Shown: positions 27,601 through 56,888, numbered from the stretch's first letter. The stretch: DNA of 64,000 bases from Blastocystis sp. Blastoise (GCA_039096225.1 JBBPEB010000014.1:1674001-1738000); one strand, 5' to 3'. A program made the numbers and translations. The notes: a model not told the origin generated them from the sequence alone.

Positions 27601-30600
27601 CAGGGGAAATAGTGAAATCATAATAATATTCAGAAGAAACTAAAAGAGCAGGAACAACAGCATCTTTATAAGCAACAAGATTAGAAGGAGTAAAACTAAA
27701 AGCAGGAATAACAAGAGAATTAACATCTTCAATTAAGAATTCCCATTCAGAGAAAGCATATTTGTTTTCAGCTTGAATAACAACAGCTTTAGTTACAGCA
27801 ATTTTATAATTAGTATAAGCTTGAGTAGTACCAAGAGCAAAGAAGCATTGTCTTTGTTGTCTTTCTTCCCAAGAAACATTAGTTTGAGAAGTAATAGAAG
27901 TCCAAGTAGTACCATCCATAGAACCATAAATAGTCCAATCAGCAGGATCATGACTAGGAGTATCTCTGTTGGAATAAATACAATATTTATTCATATAAAT
28001 AGCTCTCTTATTATTAAATTCAATAGTAACCCATTTTTCACTAACAGAATCATGAACAGGAGTAATCCAACGAGAATAAGGATTAGAATCGAAAAGATTA
28101 GCAGCGGCACCATCAGAGAAAACACCACTAGAAGTATAACTACCACCAGAAGAATTTTGAATAACACTAGAATCACCAAGAAGATGGAATAAACCATCAA
28201 AATCAAGTTCATAAGCATCAGTACCAAGATTAATAAGACCAATAGCTACAGTAACACTATTACCATTAGAAAGAGTAGTCATAGGACCCGATACAGATCT
28301 CCATAAGAAAGAAGAATCACCACCAGTAGCACCAGTAGCAGCAGTAATTTCACCAGCAATAAGATTATATCTATAGACTTCATTACCATTTACATAAATA
28401 ACGCAACCAGCTTTAGATTTAAAGAATAATTCCCAACCAACCATATTAGTCTTAGAAGTAATAGTAAAAGTATTTCTAAGAAGAATAATATTTTGAGTAA
28501 CAGAAACAAGAGGACTATAAGTTAAAGTTTGCCAAGCAGCATCAGAGAAAAGAGCAGTCTTCCAATTAACATCAGTAGGAGCACCTTGTTGATATTTCCA
28601 AGCAGATTTAGGAGCAACATCAAGACGAGTATTAACATAATAAGTAGCAGTAGTACCAGCTAATAAATACATACGAGCAATTCTATGTTCAGTAGTAAGA
28701 TCATACTTTAATGAAACATCAAGATAAGCACCTTTTTCCCAACCATCATTATTATCATCGAAAAGAACAAATCTCCAACGACCAGCAACTTGACATTCAT
28801 TTAATACTTGATTAGCACCATTATTAACACCAGTAAGTGTACCGATTTGAGTATTAGCTTCAGAATAAATAACAACACGTTCATCTTTAGAAGTTGATTT
28901 ATTGACTTTAGTAACAGTAACTTGAGCCATAGCAGGTTGTTGACAAACAGTAACACTAATAATCATAGAAAAAGTAGTAGCAGCATTAGTAGCACCATCA
29001 ATAGCACTAATAACATAAGCTTGACTAGTTACAGCAGTAGATACAGAACCATATATATTACCATTAGCAGAATTAAGATATAATCCAGTAGGTAATGCAG
29101 GAGATACGGTATAAGTATGAATACCACTTGAAATAGGAGAAACAGATACAGCAACATTAGTAGTGGTAGCAAGAGTAGGAGAAGGATATTGAAGACCAGC
29201 AGCAACAAGAGTTTGACTATTTACAAAAGTACGAATTTCAGCTAATTGAGTATAAGTTTCACCATTATTATTTAATATATCAAATTTAATTTGATTGAAA
29301 GACTTTCTATTAGAAGGAATATTGAATGTATAGCCAGTACTTCTAGCAGCAAACATATTTTCAGTAACATGATCTAAGAATATCCAAGTAATACCACCAT
29401 CTTCAGAACCATAGAATTTCCATTCTCTAGGATCTCTTCCTTGCATATCATTAGCAGAAGTAACTTGATAAGCATTAAACCAAGTTTTAGATCCATTAGG
29501 AAGAGCAATAGTAATAGTACTAGCAGTAGCTTGGAAATAATATTTAGTAGAATCAGAATTATCAGCAACATTACCACAAATTTCACTTGTATTAGCTGCT
29601 TCAACAGAACAAGTAGCAGTACCACCAGAAGTAACAACTTCACCACCTAGAAAAAAATTATTTTTAATTAAATAAGACTATTTTTAATATATAATTAATA
29701 ACATTATTGGAATAAAAATATATTTTAAAATTTGAAACAAATACAAATATGAATATAATAATAATATACTAGTAGAAGAAATAGTAGTAGCATAAGCATC
29801 AAAGACATCAGCAGTAGTTAATTGAGAAGAATGAGAGTGAACTTCAACAGCTACAGTTAAAGCAGTACCTGAGGTGATATAAAGAGAGAGAGGAACGACA
29901 ATACTATAATAATAATAATAATATTAAATATATATATATATAATAGATAAATTATATATTTACACTTTCCAAGTAGCTTCTTCTTCAGAAGTTAAAGAAG
30001 CAGTATTAGAATCAGATACACTATATATAAAATATATAATTATTTTATAATTATTATATATATGTTTATAAATAGAAAATAGTGATATATATGTTGTATA
30101 TAAATAAACAAAGAACACTTACGTAGGTAAACCAACACGAGAAGCTTCAACACCATTTATATAAATAACAAAACCAGAGTTTGTCTTGACACCAAAATGA
30201 AGAGCATAAGCAGCAGCATCAGAAATAGAAGAAGTATATCTATAATAACGAGTAGTAGTAGAAATAGCAGGGAAAGCACTAGGAGTAAGAGGAGTCCAAG
30301 CAGTATCACCAAAAGATATTTGAGTCCAAGAAGTACCAGTTTGAGCAGTAGTAGAAGTCTTCCAAGTAGCACCAGGAGTAACAGCAAGATTCACTATATA
30401 AAAATAGTATTATTTGTAATAATAATACTAATAAGTATAATAATAATAAGTATAATAATATACAAGTGAATTGTTGTAATTTAGGAACATTAGCAGAAGC
30501 TTCACCATAAGCAAGTCTTGTAGTTAAGAAAGTGACTCCATTATAATTAATATAAAGATAAGCACCAGTAGACCAACCATCTCCATAACTAAAATGAATA

Positions 30601-30992
30601 TATAATTATAATGATTATTTTATTAGTAAATGTATTAATTATGTAAAAACAAATCTTATAAATAGTAGCAATTACATACCTATCGTACATAGCAAGAGTA
30701 TAAACAGTGTTTAATTGAAGACAAACATCATATTCTTTGGAACTAGAGGTATCAGCAGAAGTACCAGCTCCTTCATGGACAAGAGTTCCAGTTGTATCAG
30801 TACCTTGAAATATTTTCCATGTTTCTTCATAAGCATAATAACCAAATGTTCTCTTAAGAATGAAAGGTAAACTAGGAGCAACACATTCCGATTGAACTAT
30901 ATATTCGTTATAACTCAAATTAATTAAACTATCACAAATATACCTAAAGATATCAATCCTAAAATACAAAAAAGAGCAACGAATTGTTTCAT
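24650..30992 (-). CDS. Large type-I surface protein, paralog B (signal peptide, repeated He_PIG/jelly-roll/F5-8C-like modules, three HormR-like Cys modules, TM)
   Basis: ATG 30992 gives MKQFVALFCILGLISL; several short 5' exons, then a ~5-kb final exon (24650-29647). Motifs YQVTSANDMQGRDPREWKFYGSEDG, SPALPTGL, CAADGTWPITEAGQ, TM IIILIVVLVILVVAILAVVAFCVFI, tail ending KAVKV. Confidence 0.93.
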
Positions 30993-33900
30993 TTCTTATT
31001 TCTAGTCTTAATAAAATAAAAATATAAATAAAGTTGAAATCTCAGTATTATCCAACCTGAATATTGACAACAATATCTTTCAAACTGAAGACTTGCTATT
31101 GAGAAAGCAACGCCATTTAGGGCATTTTCGACTGGGGAAAAAAAACAAATGAAATCACTTCTCCTCTTTCTTAGAAATGATATCTATTTCACAAATTCTC
31201 GCAATTCATGTATATAGGCAAATTAGCGGAATATACCGAGAATTGGCAGGGAGCGCGTCATTTGTTGTTTGAAAAAGCATGTGAATGTGGCAAAACTGAG
31301 AATCTGAACGGTAAAGTCATCATAGACTTATGTTCATTATATAATCACTTTTCTCAAGAAGTTATAAAAGACATTTTCTAGAAAAACAATTCTTTCCCAT
31401 GAAAAAACACTTCTTTTCTTGTGTTTTTGTGAATTGTTTTATTGTCATTTATACCTAAGATACGTTTATTAGAGAGGTTAATTTACTTAAATATAGACAG
31501 ATTCAATAAGAGCTTGTTGTTTCACTTGAAGATAATCATTTTGGATTGCACTTTTCTTAAACAACCCCATTTTAAAACTCAACAACTATTTTTATTTTTT
31601 AAATATATACAGCGCATAACAAAACACAGAATGAATTTGAATCTTTAAACAATTAACAAAAACTTTGCCACAAGAAACCGTTCTCATTTTATGCGTATTC
31701 TGTACAATCTATACAGTTTTAACAATATTTAATCGTTTCATTGTGTTTCGTATAGGGTTTGGTAACTTAATAATTTGATAAACTAGTCAAATATGTTAAT
31801 TATACTGGCATATACTGTCTTCTTTTTTGGTATTGTATCTTGATATCTATATACAACAAGTGATGGTTGCAAGCCAAATCAAGTTTGATGATTAATAACT
31901 TTAAAGATTCTGCATTTTTGCTTGTAAATGGAAATATATTAGAATATACGAGCCAATACTTATTGATATGATTGGCATTCTACCTCATAATGATATATAG
32001 AGGAAATAAAGAATTAAAAAGCAAATTCTTCAAACACATTTTAAATAATTAAAAAAGCAAAAAGGTCTTGTTGCCTTTCTAAACAAATTTTTTATAAGGT
32101 AATTTATGTAGTACTATTTGTTTGACAATATAAAGAAGCAGATTGTTGATCATAGTTGATATTATTTGTTCTTTGAATGTTTTTCAAGAAAAAGTTTCTT
32201 GATAATTTAAACAATAAACTATAATAATACTATCATTTGGGATAAACTACAATAAAAATAGAGAAAAATAAAAGCAATAAAAACCAAAGAGTATATATGA
32301 TCTTATTCTATCAAAAATCATATGAACAAGAATGGTAATTAGATAAAACAACCAAAATATAAAAGATATAAAAATGAGAAAAAAAGAAGCTCCTTGAAAA
32401 AAATCATTTTGACGGAGTCTGTCATGTTGTTTTGTCCTTGTGTTTTTATTGTATTTGGGTCAATTGGGTCCTTTTATCATTCTTTTCAGGATTTCTCCTT
32501 TTTATTTGTTTCCCTATTGTTTTTGTTAGTATTTCTCTTTAAATCATAAAGATATAGAATTGAATTGTGTATTCTTGGGTGTATTTAATAGAATTCTATG
32601 GTTTATTTGGTTAAAGCATAAAAACTTTTTTTATCAATGATAAAAAGAATGATTATGGAGTATTAAGTTATTCGTAAATAATGTCAATTATCTCTATAAT
32701 CGAGTCTCATGTGTTTTATTTTTTAAATAGTGAATTTGTAATTGAATTATTATATTTCATGCAAGTAAAGAAAAGTGGAGTATTATTATGTCATGTAAAA
32801 TAATTGGTTCTCAAAGATTTTCTATAAGAATCATTCATTTAGACCAGAATACTAATCATATTCTTCATAGAGAGACAGAATGAAACTTTTACTCACTTCT
32901 ATATTCGTCTTTATATCAGAGACATCTCACTGAAATTAGAATGCAATGAAATTTTGCTTGTTATAGATTAATCAGTACCATTAAACAATGACAACAAAAA
33001 CAATGATAATAACTAATTCATATAAATGAATATTTTTAAATATTTATAAAATATATTTTTTAAACCGCATAAATACATATATAAAGCAACTAAACATAAT
33101 TTTTTAAAGAAAATATTAGTTTTATATTTGTTGTGTTTCATGAGAATCTCTAATAGTGACTTGTTTTCTTTAGAGATTTACAAAAAACCGTATATGAATA
33201 TATCACCGGTTTTTTTTTGAGAAAACCGTATATACGGTTTTTTCATTTCTCAGTCAAAATTCCATATTCGGTTTTAAAACCGAATATGAATTTTATTTTA
33301 CTTATATAAAGTCAAATATTAATTTTTTAAAATTGTTTTTTGTTTTATAAGTGTTATATCAGGCTTATTCATATATTTAAATTATTTTTTGGTATGTTTT
33401 TAGAAATATTTTATTATTAATTAGATTATATAGACAATAAAGAGATATAAGCTTAATCTAGTCATATTATAAACATATAATAACTGTTTCTGATAATCTT
33501 AAGCAAGTTATTGGTAGATTAAACTCTATTGATAGTAATCACTTTTTGTCCATTTTGATTGAATCAGTTAATTGTTCTTATATCCTACTCTAACACGCGC
33601 TTATCAATATAAAATGAAGTAACTTCTTTTGGAAATACCATGAATCCGTAACTATAACATTTTTTTATATTATTGGCTATATTTGACTCTATATTATAAA
33701 TAATTACATAATATGATATATATCCTCACTCCTCAATGTGTTCTATTAAATATATGATAATTTCATTGAGATTTATCTATCATAAAATGAATGATGTTTT
33801 TTATTCTCTTAAATACTAGTTATAGCTATATTAAAAGCATGAAATATTTATATAGAGAGATATAAAGTATAAATGAATCATTATTACTATAAATGAGTCA

Positions 33901-34417
33901 AATAAAAATAGAATCAATGTACAATTAGTGAAAATGTAATATCAGTTATAATTTATGATATGTAATTATTTATGAAGATGTTGACATGATAGAGCACATT
34001 AATCTGAAAGATATTAAAAACATTTCACAGAATATGTAGTTTTTTAAAGCTCATCAAATGTTGATTATATTAGTTTATTGTGTATTAAATAGCATTTATA
34101 GTAAAGGAGAAATATTATAGTATAAAAAATATCAAATTAAATAATTAATTGCTTATAAAATAGTACTTATATCATGAGTATTTCAACAATATTAGTTTTT
34201 ACATATATACATAACATAATTAACATTATCATAATATAGTAAACAATAAATTCGAAGATACTTTGTGAACAATGTCAACAAATGGAATTGTTTCTTTTTT
34301 TTCTAAGTTTCTTTCTATTACAACTATAATTCTTATGAATATACATAATTAATAAACAATAAAAAAAAAACATTAAAAGAGATATAAGTAAAATAAAAAA
34401 CCGTATATACGGTTTTC

Positions 34418-42115
<7,698 letters not shown>

Positions 42116-42731
42116 TTGTATATGACAATAAAAAAGTAAAAGAATGAGAATTATATTCAATATCTTCTTCGGTATGACAATATCTTCTCTTATTTATTCC
42201 TTTGGGGTTCTTTCTCTTTTTAAAAACGATTCTTCTATGATGAACGTGAGCAAAAAAGAAAGTTTTTGTGATGTTTAGTCACTGGTATGATATTTATATT
42301 ATGTATTGAAAATATGGAGAGTGTTTTTTAAATATATGAGTATGAAATGACATGAAAATAATAATGAAATGATGACATTTTGAGTATATCAAGTGTAATT
42401 AGATTGGTTCTTATTAGCTTATAGTGCTAAAAATGTTTTATAATGAATTTATGGTTTTTATTATGGTTACTATCTAGATTAATTTCAATGATTTGACGTG
42501 TTTTGCGTATTCTAGATATTATTTTCGCTTCATTTAGTTTCAAAAAATTTTTATATTTGCAGCGAGTTGATTCATTTAATTTTTATATAGAGATTAGAAC
42601 AAATGAAATTATTTATTTCAGAAATAATAATGGTTGTTACATGAATAGCAAAAACAAAATAGTAAACGACAAAGAAATGTTAAATATGTAAAAATGAAGC
42701 TTAGAAAGCAAAATATTTATAGAAATTAAGT

Positions 42732-43039
42732 TTATTTTGCATCCCAAGTTGTTGTTCCCATAATTAAATAATGACCTGGCAAATCACCTATAACAATAGT
42801 TTATATTATATAGTATATTATAGTATATATATTGAAGATAATAATAATTATTATTATTATTATGAAGATGATAATAATAAGAATATATATATACCCGTAA
42901 AAGGTAATGATAATTGAACTTCTTGAGTTTCTTCATTAACTCGAAGTATATATACAAATCCATATATACTGCTATGTAATAATTCATCTACTCTATATAT
43001 TGATTAATGTATAAGAATATATTATTATAAATTCTATTC

Positions 43040-43099
<60 letters not shown>

Positions 43100-43485
43100 G
43101 ATTGTGCATTTGTTACAGCTAGTATATATTGATTTAAGGCAGAAGTTATTGGAACACTAATAGGAGTTATTTTCATATTATCCACTTGAGCAGTTTCTGT
43201 ATATAAATTAGCAGAACGTTTGACTTCTTTTTGATCAGGGTAGTGATATATATTTAATTCATTATATTGAAACCATTTAGTAACAGGTTGAAAGGTTATT
43301 CCTTCTACTGGTATACCTATATATTATATATTATATATTACATATAATATATAATATATAATATATATATATATATATACCATAAAAGTATTTATTAATA
43401 TTCCAATTTCTTTCATTTAAAAATCGTTCATTCCCACGGGATTCTGTACCATTAGATCCACGTAATTTACTTACCTATAAAATAG

Positions 43486-43519
<34 letters not shown>

Positions 43520-43596
43520 GTAGATTTTCAATATTATATTCTTTGATTTGATTCTAAATAGAAGAAAAATGTTACATCTATTCTTATAGATAAAAA

Positions 43597-43667
<71 letters not shown>

Positions 43668-43801
43668 AAGACGTTCTTGATCGATAACAAGAACACAATC
43701 GACGTTTAATAATGTTATAACGTCTTTTAACAGCTCTGGATTTTCTATTGGCCAATTCCCACCATTTATAACGATACCACTACTTCTAACTATATACATT
43801 C

Positions 43802-43870
<69 letters not shown>

Positions 43871-45065
43871 TGATTTATGTTCACAAAGAGAATTAATAGT
43901 ATTATTGATATCCTGGACTAATGAACAAAAACTATATATATATATATAGTGAAAAATACAATATATATATATATGAAATATTAACAATACAAAGAAGAGA
44001 ATAATAAAAAACAATATAAATGAAATATTAACAACAATACAAAAAAAAAATAAAAAACTATATATATATATATACTAAGTATAGTTTTCATTTGGGGTTG
44101 TCCATCCATAATAAAAAGGAATTGTATTCATTTTATTTAAGGATGTTATCTATATATATATATATATATTATTAGCATAAACTATCTTACTATTATTTAA
44201 ACAAATAATATATATATATATAATAAAAGAATAATAAGTTTATATATATATATGCATTTTCATATCTATGTGTTGAATCTAGAAGAGAAACAGTAATAGC
44301 ACCAGGTAGGCACGTATCTCCTCTCTCTAATTCCATATCTATATATACTGGAGTCTCACACTCACGTACCTATATATATATATAATTAAATAAAATCAAA
44401 TTAAAATTAAATTAAAATATAACAAAAACATATAAATATATAACATAATAATATAAAAATAAAATAATAAAAAAACATATATATATAACATAATAAAAAA
44501 AAAAAAGAAAAAAAAACACAAATATATACTGCATAACCTAAAAGAACTTTTGCTAATGTAGTTTTTCCAGAGTCTTGACGTCCAACAATAAGAATCTTTA
44601 AAAAACAAAAAGAATATAAAATAATTACAACAATAATATTTAAAAGAATACTCGTGGTCCATCTAAATGATCTCTTCTTGCAAGAAGTCTTCTTTCCTCT
44701 AGCTATATATATAATGTTTTCATATTTTAAATTATTCTGCACTATTTATATTAATGTAAGATACCTTTTCATGAATATTTGTATACATTGGAATACTGGA
44801 ATCACTTGCAAAGGCACTCTTGAATTCACCATTCAAAGTAACTTTTGCTCCACTCCAAGAAAAAATAGCAAACTAGAATCCGAAATTAACTTTAAAAAAA
44901 AAATGCATATACTTGAGAAAAATGAAATTTTTGAGTCATTGCTAATTCATTTCCAAATACTTCTGCATCACCCTCAATTTTGACTTCCACATTTTGATTC
45001 AAATCAAGTTGAATTCTTAATTCTGACTTTGGATCAATCTCAAACTTCTTAGAAACAAAACTCAT
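42732..45065 (-). CDS. CLP1: Polyribonucleotide 5'-kinase / cleavage-polyadenylation factor Clp1, multi-exon
   Basis: KSELRI, GDAEVFGNEL, FAIFSWSG, GPR|ILIVGRQDSGKTTLAKVLLGYA (P-loop), LPGAI, PFYYG, SSGIVINGGNW, VLVIDQERL, DLPGHYLIMG. Confidence 0.93.
44150..44255 (-). other. Probable GC-AG intron in CLP1
   Basis: Phase-0 join RYEN|ITSLNK needs donor GCATAT, the analogue of the locally dominant GTATAT; no in-phase GT before the next stop. Confidence 0.6.
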
Positions 45066-45468
45066 TTTCAATTAAATTTAAATAATAAGGATGAAAGAGA
45101 TTTAATAAGAAATATCTCAGAATCACGATTCTTTTCATTCTATCGAACAATATTTTAAAATAATCACAAATAGCCTAGGACTTATGAATTGTTTATTATT
45201 TTTGATAACAAAGTGTGAGTCGTTCAATTCAGTGTTTATTCAGGTATTCTTGTGAATGATGATTCATCTGTTACGCAATATTTTGCTCATAAAAAGTCTG
45301 ATGATCGTCTGTTTTTTTATTTCCATATTGGCAGTCAATTATTCTGCATAAAAAGATTTCAATTATAGTTTCTAATAAAATAAAAATATATTCAAAGAAG
45401 CAAACAACTTAAAAATAAAAACAGACATATCTTATTAAAATGTTAAAGCATATTATATGTTCTTTATC

Positions 45469-47521
45469 TTAAGAAACAACAGCAAAATCATTTTCATCAA
45501 GATGATCATACATATCATAACCTTGTTTATTAATGAATGTAAAGATTTTATTCCATATAGAAATTGCTTCATCACAAATATCGTTTTCATTCTCCTTTAC
45601 TATTAAAGCTAAGTTCTAAATAATGAATAGATATAAATAACGATATTTAAGAATTTTATAATATATTAATATTAATAATAATAATAATATATATATATTA
45701 TTCATTAGTATCATTATAAAAATATACCTGTAGGCATTCAATAATAAAAGTTGGTTTTTCGTCATCCGTAGAGAATATGAATTCTGTAGGCATATCTAAT
45801 AATTGATTATAAATACATTCTAATCCTTTTAGAATACATGTTTTATAAAGAGAAGAAGATAAAATAATATTGTTATTATATGTAGAAACAGGGAATTGTG
45901 TTTCAATAGATACCTCTGCTGAACTATTTATATTCTCATTTATATTTATAATATCCTTATTATCCATTGAAGAAATACTATGTTCATTTATAGAATCAGA
46001 ATTCATTAGTATATTTCGATGAATCAATAAGTCCACATGTGTAAATAAAAAGAAAAACTGCTTATACTGATTGAATGACTATATTTATATATATAGCTAT
46101 ATAGAGAAAGATAAATAATTTTTTTTACTGATTAAATGATTATATATATATAGATATATAGATATATAGAGAAAGATAAATAATTGTTTTTACTGATTAA
46201 ATTATTATATATATATATATATATAGATATATATATATATATAGAGATAATTATATTGAGTGAATTACAATATATGGTGTATATTATATATATAAAGAAT
46301 ATATATTATATAGAATATATTTATATCGAATATATATATTTAAAATTATAAGTATATACATCAAAGTCTTGACCTAAAAAAAAGCATATATATGAATATT
46401 GAAATTCGCCAAGAAACGAATATATATCATCATTATATTTACTAGATAGAAAGATATATTATAAATATAACAAAATATAAAAAGAATATATATTGATAAA
46501 TATATATATATAGAAAGAGAAGTTTAACATTGTATAAAATATATATATATAAATAAACATGTATATACATAATAAAGATATATAAAACACATAAATAAAA
46601 TTATACATAAAATTATGTATGAAAATGAAATATATAAATAAGCAAATGTTAATAAAATACATTCATATATATATACTTATGTATACATATTTGAATCGCC
46701 TCTGAAGTATCCATAACAAATTGAGTAATAAATTCATTTTTATAATCAGATACTTGAGGTAAATGTGTATAATAACTAGATATATATATATGAAATATAA
46801 AATAGGATTACTGTATATAATATAACTATTTTTGAAATATATTTATTAATAAGGGAACTATATATACTGTTTTTTTGCAACAGGTAAACCTTCTTCCTAT
46901 ATATATATATATATTAGCATATATATTAATATATATTAATATATATTAAAAGAAATTACTAATAATAATAACAAATATCTATATTTTAAAAGCTTTAAAG
47001 AATTACATTTCTTTCTGGAATAGTATTTCGAATGACGCCTGTGACAGGAACAAGTCGATCCAATAAGGATGGAGATATATAACATGAAAAAGAATTCCAT
47101 TTCGAATGGTTCTCCAAGGGATAAGGTGCCATAGATGTCTCAAAGAAATGAGATTTATATGATTCTCTATATTGAAAAATAACAGCGTTATCTAATTGAT
47201 TTTCTGGAACAATTTCTTCATTCCCTTTATCCCATTGTGAAATATATATCTATGCAGCAATTATTAACATAAATATTCTTTAATTACTGATTCAGATTCT
47301 ATATTTAAAAATAGAAGACATCGTGGTCCGAAATCATCAAAGGAACCGTGAGAAGAAGCAAACATTATATGAACTCCTTGAGGAATTTGTTTGATTCCAC
47401 TAAAAGAATCTCCAACAATCCACGAATTCAAATCAATTCCAAACTCACATCCCTTTGGCATACCTAAACACAGAAGACTACCTTCTTTTCTAGACGATAT
47501 GTTGGCTTGATCATCAAACAT
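45469..47521 (-). CDS. AAR2: AAR2 (U5 snRNP assembly factor), multi-exon
   Basis: LLCLGMPKGCEFGIDLNSWIVGDSFSGIKQIPQGVH, MAPYP...W, FLGEFQYSYICFFLGQ, YNQLLDMPTEF. Confidence 0.92.
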
Positions 47522-48489
47522 TGTATAATTCTTATATATTTCCAATATCAAATATATTTTCTATGTGTTCATTATAAAATTATATGAAAATAGAATAAGT
47601 ACAATGAGATATTTCTAGAATAAATAAACGAAATTTTTATTTCTGTGTTGTGTCCTTATCTTAAGAATAATTAACTCTAAGTTATCCTAGATGAATTATC
47701 TTTACTTATTTGATTATTGATGTATACTTCTAGGTAAAATATCAATTATTTTAGTCACTCATATGTTGATGATACTGTTCTTGATACATTATTTTTCAAT
47801 AATAGAATACTTTATTTATATTATTTATCGTGTCTATATCAAAAATCATGTTCAAAAACGCTTTTAGAATAGTAAGTATTCCATCAATCTAAATAATCAT
47901 ATTTCTTACAACAATATTCATCTAGAGATTCGCTCAACTATTCTTTATTCGTGAATTATCTTTAAGCATAATGATTATCAAACAGATGATCAATAATGAT
48001 CATAATACTCATATATTTCTGAATAAGTAATTCATATATGTATGTCTTAATACTTCAAGAGTGAACTACAAAATAATATGCATCCCTCAATTAATAAAAT
48101 GACTATTTTCAATACCAACATTTCAGATCTACATATTTCTTGTATATTTATCAAATGATTGATTATAATATATTTAGATTATCATTGAAATTATGATTGA
48201 ATGCTTATTTTATTCAAATAGACTATTTTCTTATTTATTTAATACTAAATCAAAGGACATGATGACTTTGTACCAAATAAAACCTATTTTCAATTATAAA
48301 TATGACTTAATTTAGAGACCATACAAATAGAATATGTTTCATAAATCATAGAATATAAAAACATCCAGTTTCAAGAGAGACAGAACGAATAATCAGAATG
48401 AAAACAATAACTGAATCAGGTTACATCTAAATTGAACTGAAAACATTCTTAAGAATTCTGATACAATATTTTATTTCTAGAGAATCGAC

Positions 48490-49197
48490 ATGTTTTCTTT
48501 TTATAAGAATATTCCAATGACAACAATACCCTCAGAGGATATAGTGATTCCCTATGTTCAAAAGATTTCTAGAGACGAAGATGGTGTAAGAGAATGGATT
48601 GACACTCTTCCTTATCATTCTCAAGTAGCTATCAAGAAATTAATGAGATACAATAAAGATATCCGAAAGCTAACTCCAGACGAAAATACTGATAGATATA
48701 ATGGCATCATTAATAATATTGATGAAAGAAAGAGACTTGGATTATATAAGCCTCTCTATGATCAACCTAGAACTCCAGGACGTATAGCTAGATCTGAAGA
48801 ACAAAGTTATCCTCGTTTTTTCTATAGAGCTCATTCTGCTAATATAGGTTGGACTGATTGGTATGAACTTCCTGATGCTATAGGAACAACAGAAAAAGGT
48901 CTCCGAATGGAAGCTTTTGAAGTATGTGGACCCAATGAATTTGATTTTTTTGCTTCTGTACATGTTCAGAATTATGGTTGGACGAATTGGGAATGGCCCT
49001 TTGATATATATGGAACAACTGGAAATGGTCTTCAAATTGAGGCTGTTAAAGTTATCCTTGAAAAAGTTAAATTTCACATTCAATATCGAGTTTACATTCA
49101 AGATTATGGTTGGACAGAATGGGTACGAGATGGTGCTCCTATTGGATCAAATGGTCAAGGCAAAGCTGTTGAAGCTATTCAAATGGATTTCTACTAA
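48490..49197 (+). CDS. Intronless protein with three clostridial hydrophobic-W (ChW) repeats
   Basis: YRAHSANIGWTDW..IGTTEKGLRMEAF, VHVQNYGWTNW..YGTTGNGLQIEAV, YRVYIQDYGWTEW..IGSNGQGKAVEAI match the ChW consensus Y.AHVQ..GW..W.....GT.G...R.EA. Confidence 0.88.
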   Translation: MFSFYKNIPMTTIPSEDIVIPYVQKISRDEDGVREWIDTLPYHSQVAIKKLMRYNKDIRKLTPDENTDRYNGIINNIDERKRLGLYKPLYDQPRTPGRIARSEEQSYPRFFYRAHSANIGWTDWYELPDAIGTTEKGLRMEAFEVCGPNEFDFFASVHVQNYGWTNWEWPFDIYGTTGNGLQIEAVKVILEKVKFHIQYRVYIQDYGWTEWVRDGAPIGSNGQGKAVEAIQMDFY

Positions 49198-49995
49198 ATA
49201 TATATTATATAATTATTGCTGCGTTTTATATATAACATCTTATTAGAGATAAATATGTTTTGTTAATAGGTGATATTAGTTGTATTCCTTGTTTTGTTTC
49301 TCATTTTATTATATATTACTCATCAATCTTCTTTTCGAAATAGTTTTATTTTTCTGAGGTTCATACATATTCAATTCATTGTATTAGTTTATTAAATGAC
49401 ATCAAAAGAAAATGCAAATCTATTTTTTTTTATTATATTTTCATTTACATTTTTTTAAATAGTTACATAATTATATTATTATTCGAAGTTTAGAAATTTA
49501 TATGAATGAAGTTTAAATAATAATACATTTAAACACAAAATCAACTTAAAATGCATAAATTGATTAATTAAATAAAGTTTTATCATAGATGAATTAGCAT
49601 ATCTTATATCTGATACACCAGAGTTAATAAAAACAAAATATATTTCAAAATGATTAGAAATTGATGTAAAAAATGAATTATCATTTGATTTGTAAGCATG
49701 TGCCTATCGTTAATAAGTGAACACGCCATAATTATGCAAAAATATGGTTTTTGTTTATTCTACTTTTAATGACCTTGTGATGGAAGGTAAAAAAAACTAT
49801 GTAATTCTAATTAATTATATGTATAAATAGATATTCATATTAAATCTACAATGTATAATTTATTCTTAATTTAATATATTTAAATCGGAATATACCCTAA
49901 ATAACATTATCAAAATTTATTCGCTTTTTAATTTTTGATTTTGTTTTAAACTTTAAAACTTTTTATTTGATTTTTATTCTTTTATAATACATATA

Positions 49996-52146
<2,151 letters not shown>

Positions 52147-52729
52147 GTTAAAAATAAATGGAAATTCAATTATATATTTATATTGCTAGTTTTGTTATTT
52201 TCATATATAATAATTATTATAAATCTATGTATCTTAATCTATATATATATATGAAATCTATTAAAACAGTATAAAAATGTATGATATTGTGAATTCTTTC
52301 GATATTTATATTATCAAACAAAATACAAAGAAAATTATGACAGTGATTATAAATATATGTAACATTATATATATATATATATATAGTAGACATAATTTAT
52401 AAAGTTAGAAATTTGAATTCCTGGCATATATAGAAAAGTATTATAAGAGAAAACAGAAGAAAATTAACATATTTAAAAGTGAAAAAGACAAAATAAAAGA
52501 AGATAAAATACATTTTTTGATGATATATAGTTATTATTTATACATAGTATATAGTAATTCATTTATATATATATGTAAGAAGAGATAGAATAGAATGATT
52601 AAAAGATATAGGGAAATCGAATAGAGTACAGAAACAAGTAATCATTATATATATAGACATAAAATGGAACCAAAAAATATATATTATTATAAAACATAAT
52701 TAGAAAAAGAATTACATTTGATAATAATC

Positions 52730-52788
<59 letters not shown>

Positions 52789-52806
52789 TATATAATATTA
52801 ATAAAA

Positions 52807-56888
<4,082 letters not shown>

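Noticed and set aside
24723-30469. Alternative-frame and antisense ORFs overlapping paralog B
   Set aside because: Shadows of strong NNT codon bias
31000-33120. 2-kb intergenic stretch with short ORF 31442-31648
   Set aside because: No motifs, splice pattern or codon bias; likely promoter/UTR sequence
33590-34090. Transposase-like peptide scraps inside the element (VIVTDSWY on minus; IEHINLKDIK on plus)
   Set aside because: Short, on opposite strands and interrupted by stops; not supportable without a translated search
45257-45301. Box C (ATGATGA) and box D (CTGA) pair suggesting a snoRNA
   Set aside because: Only ~45 nt, no terminal stem, no identifiable rRNA guide
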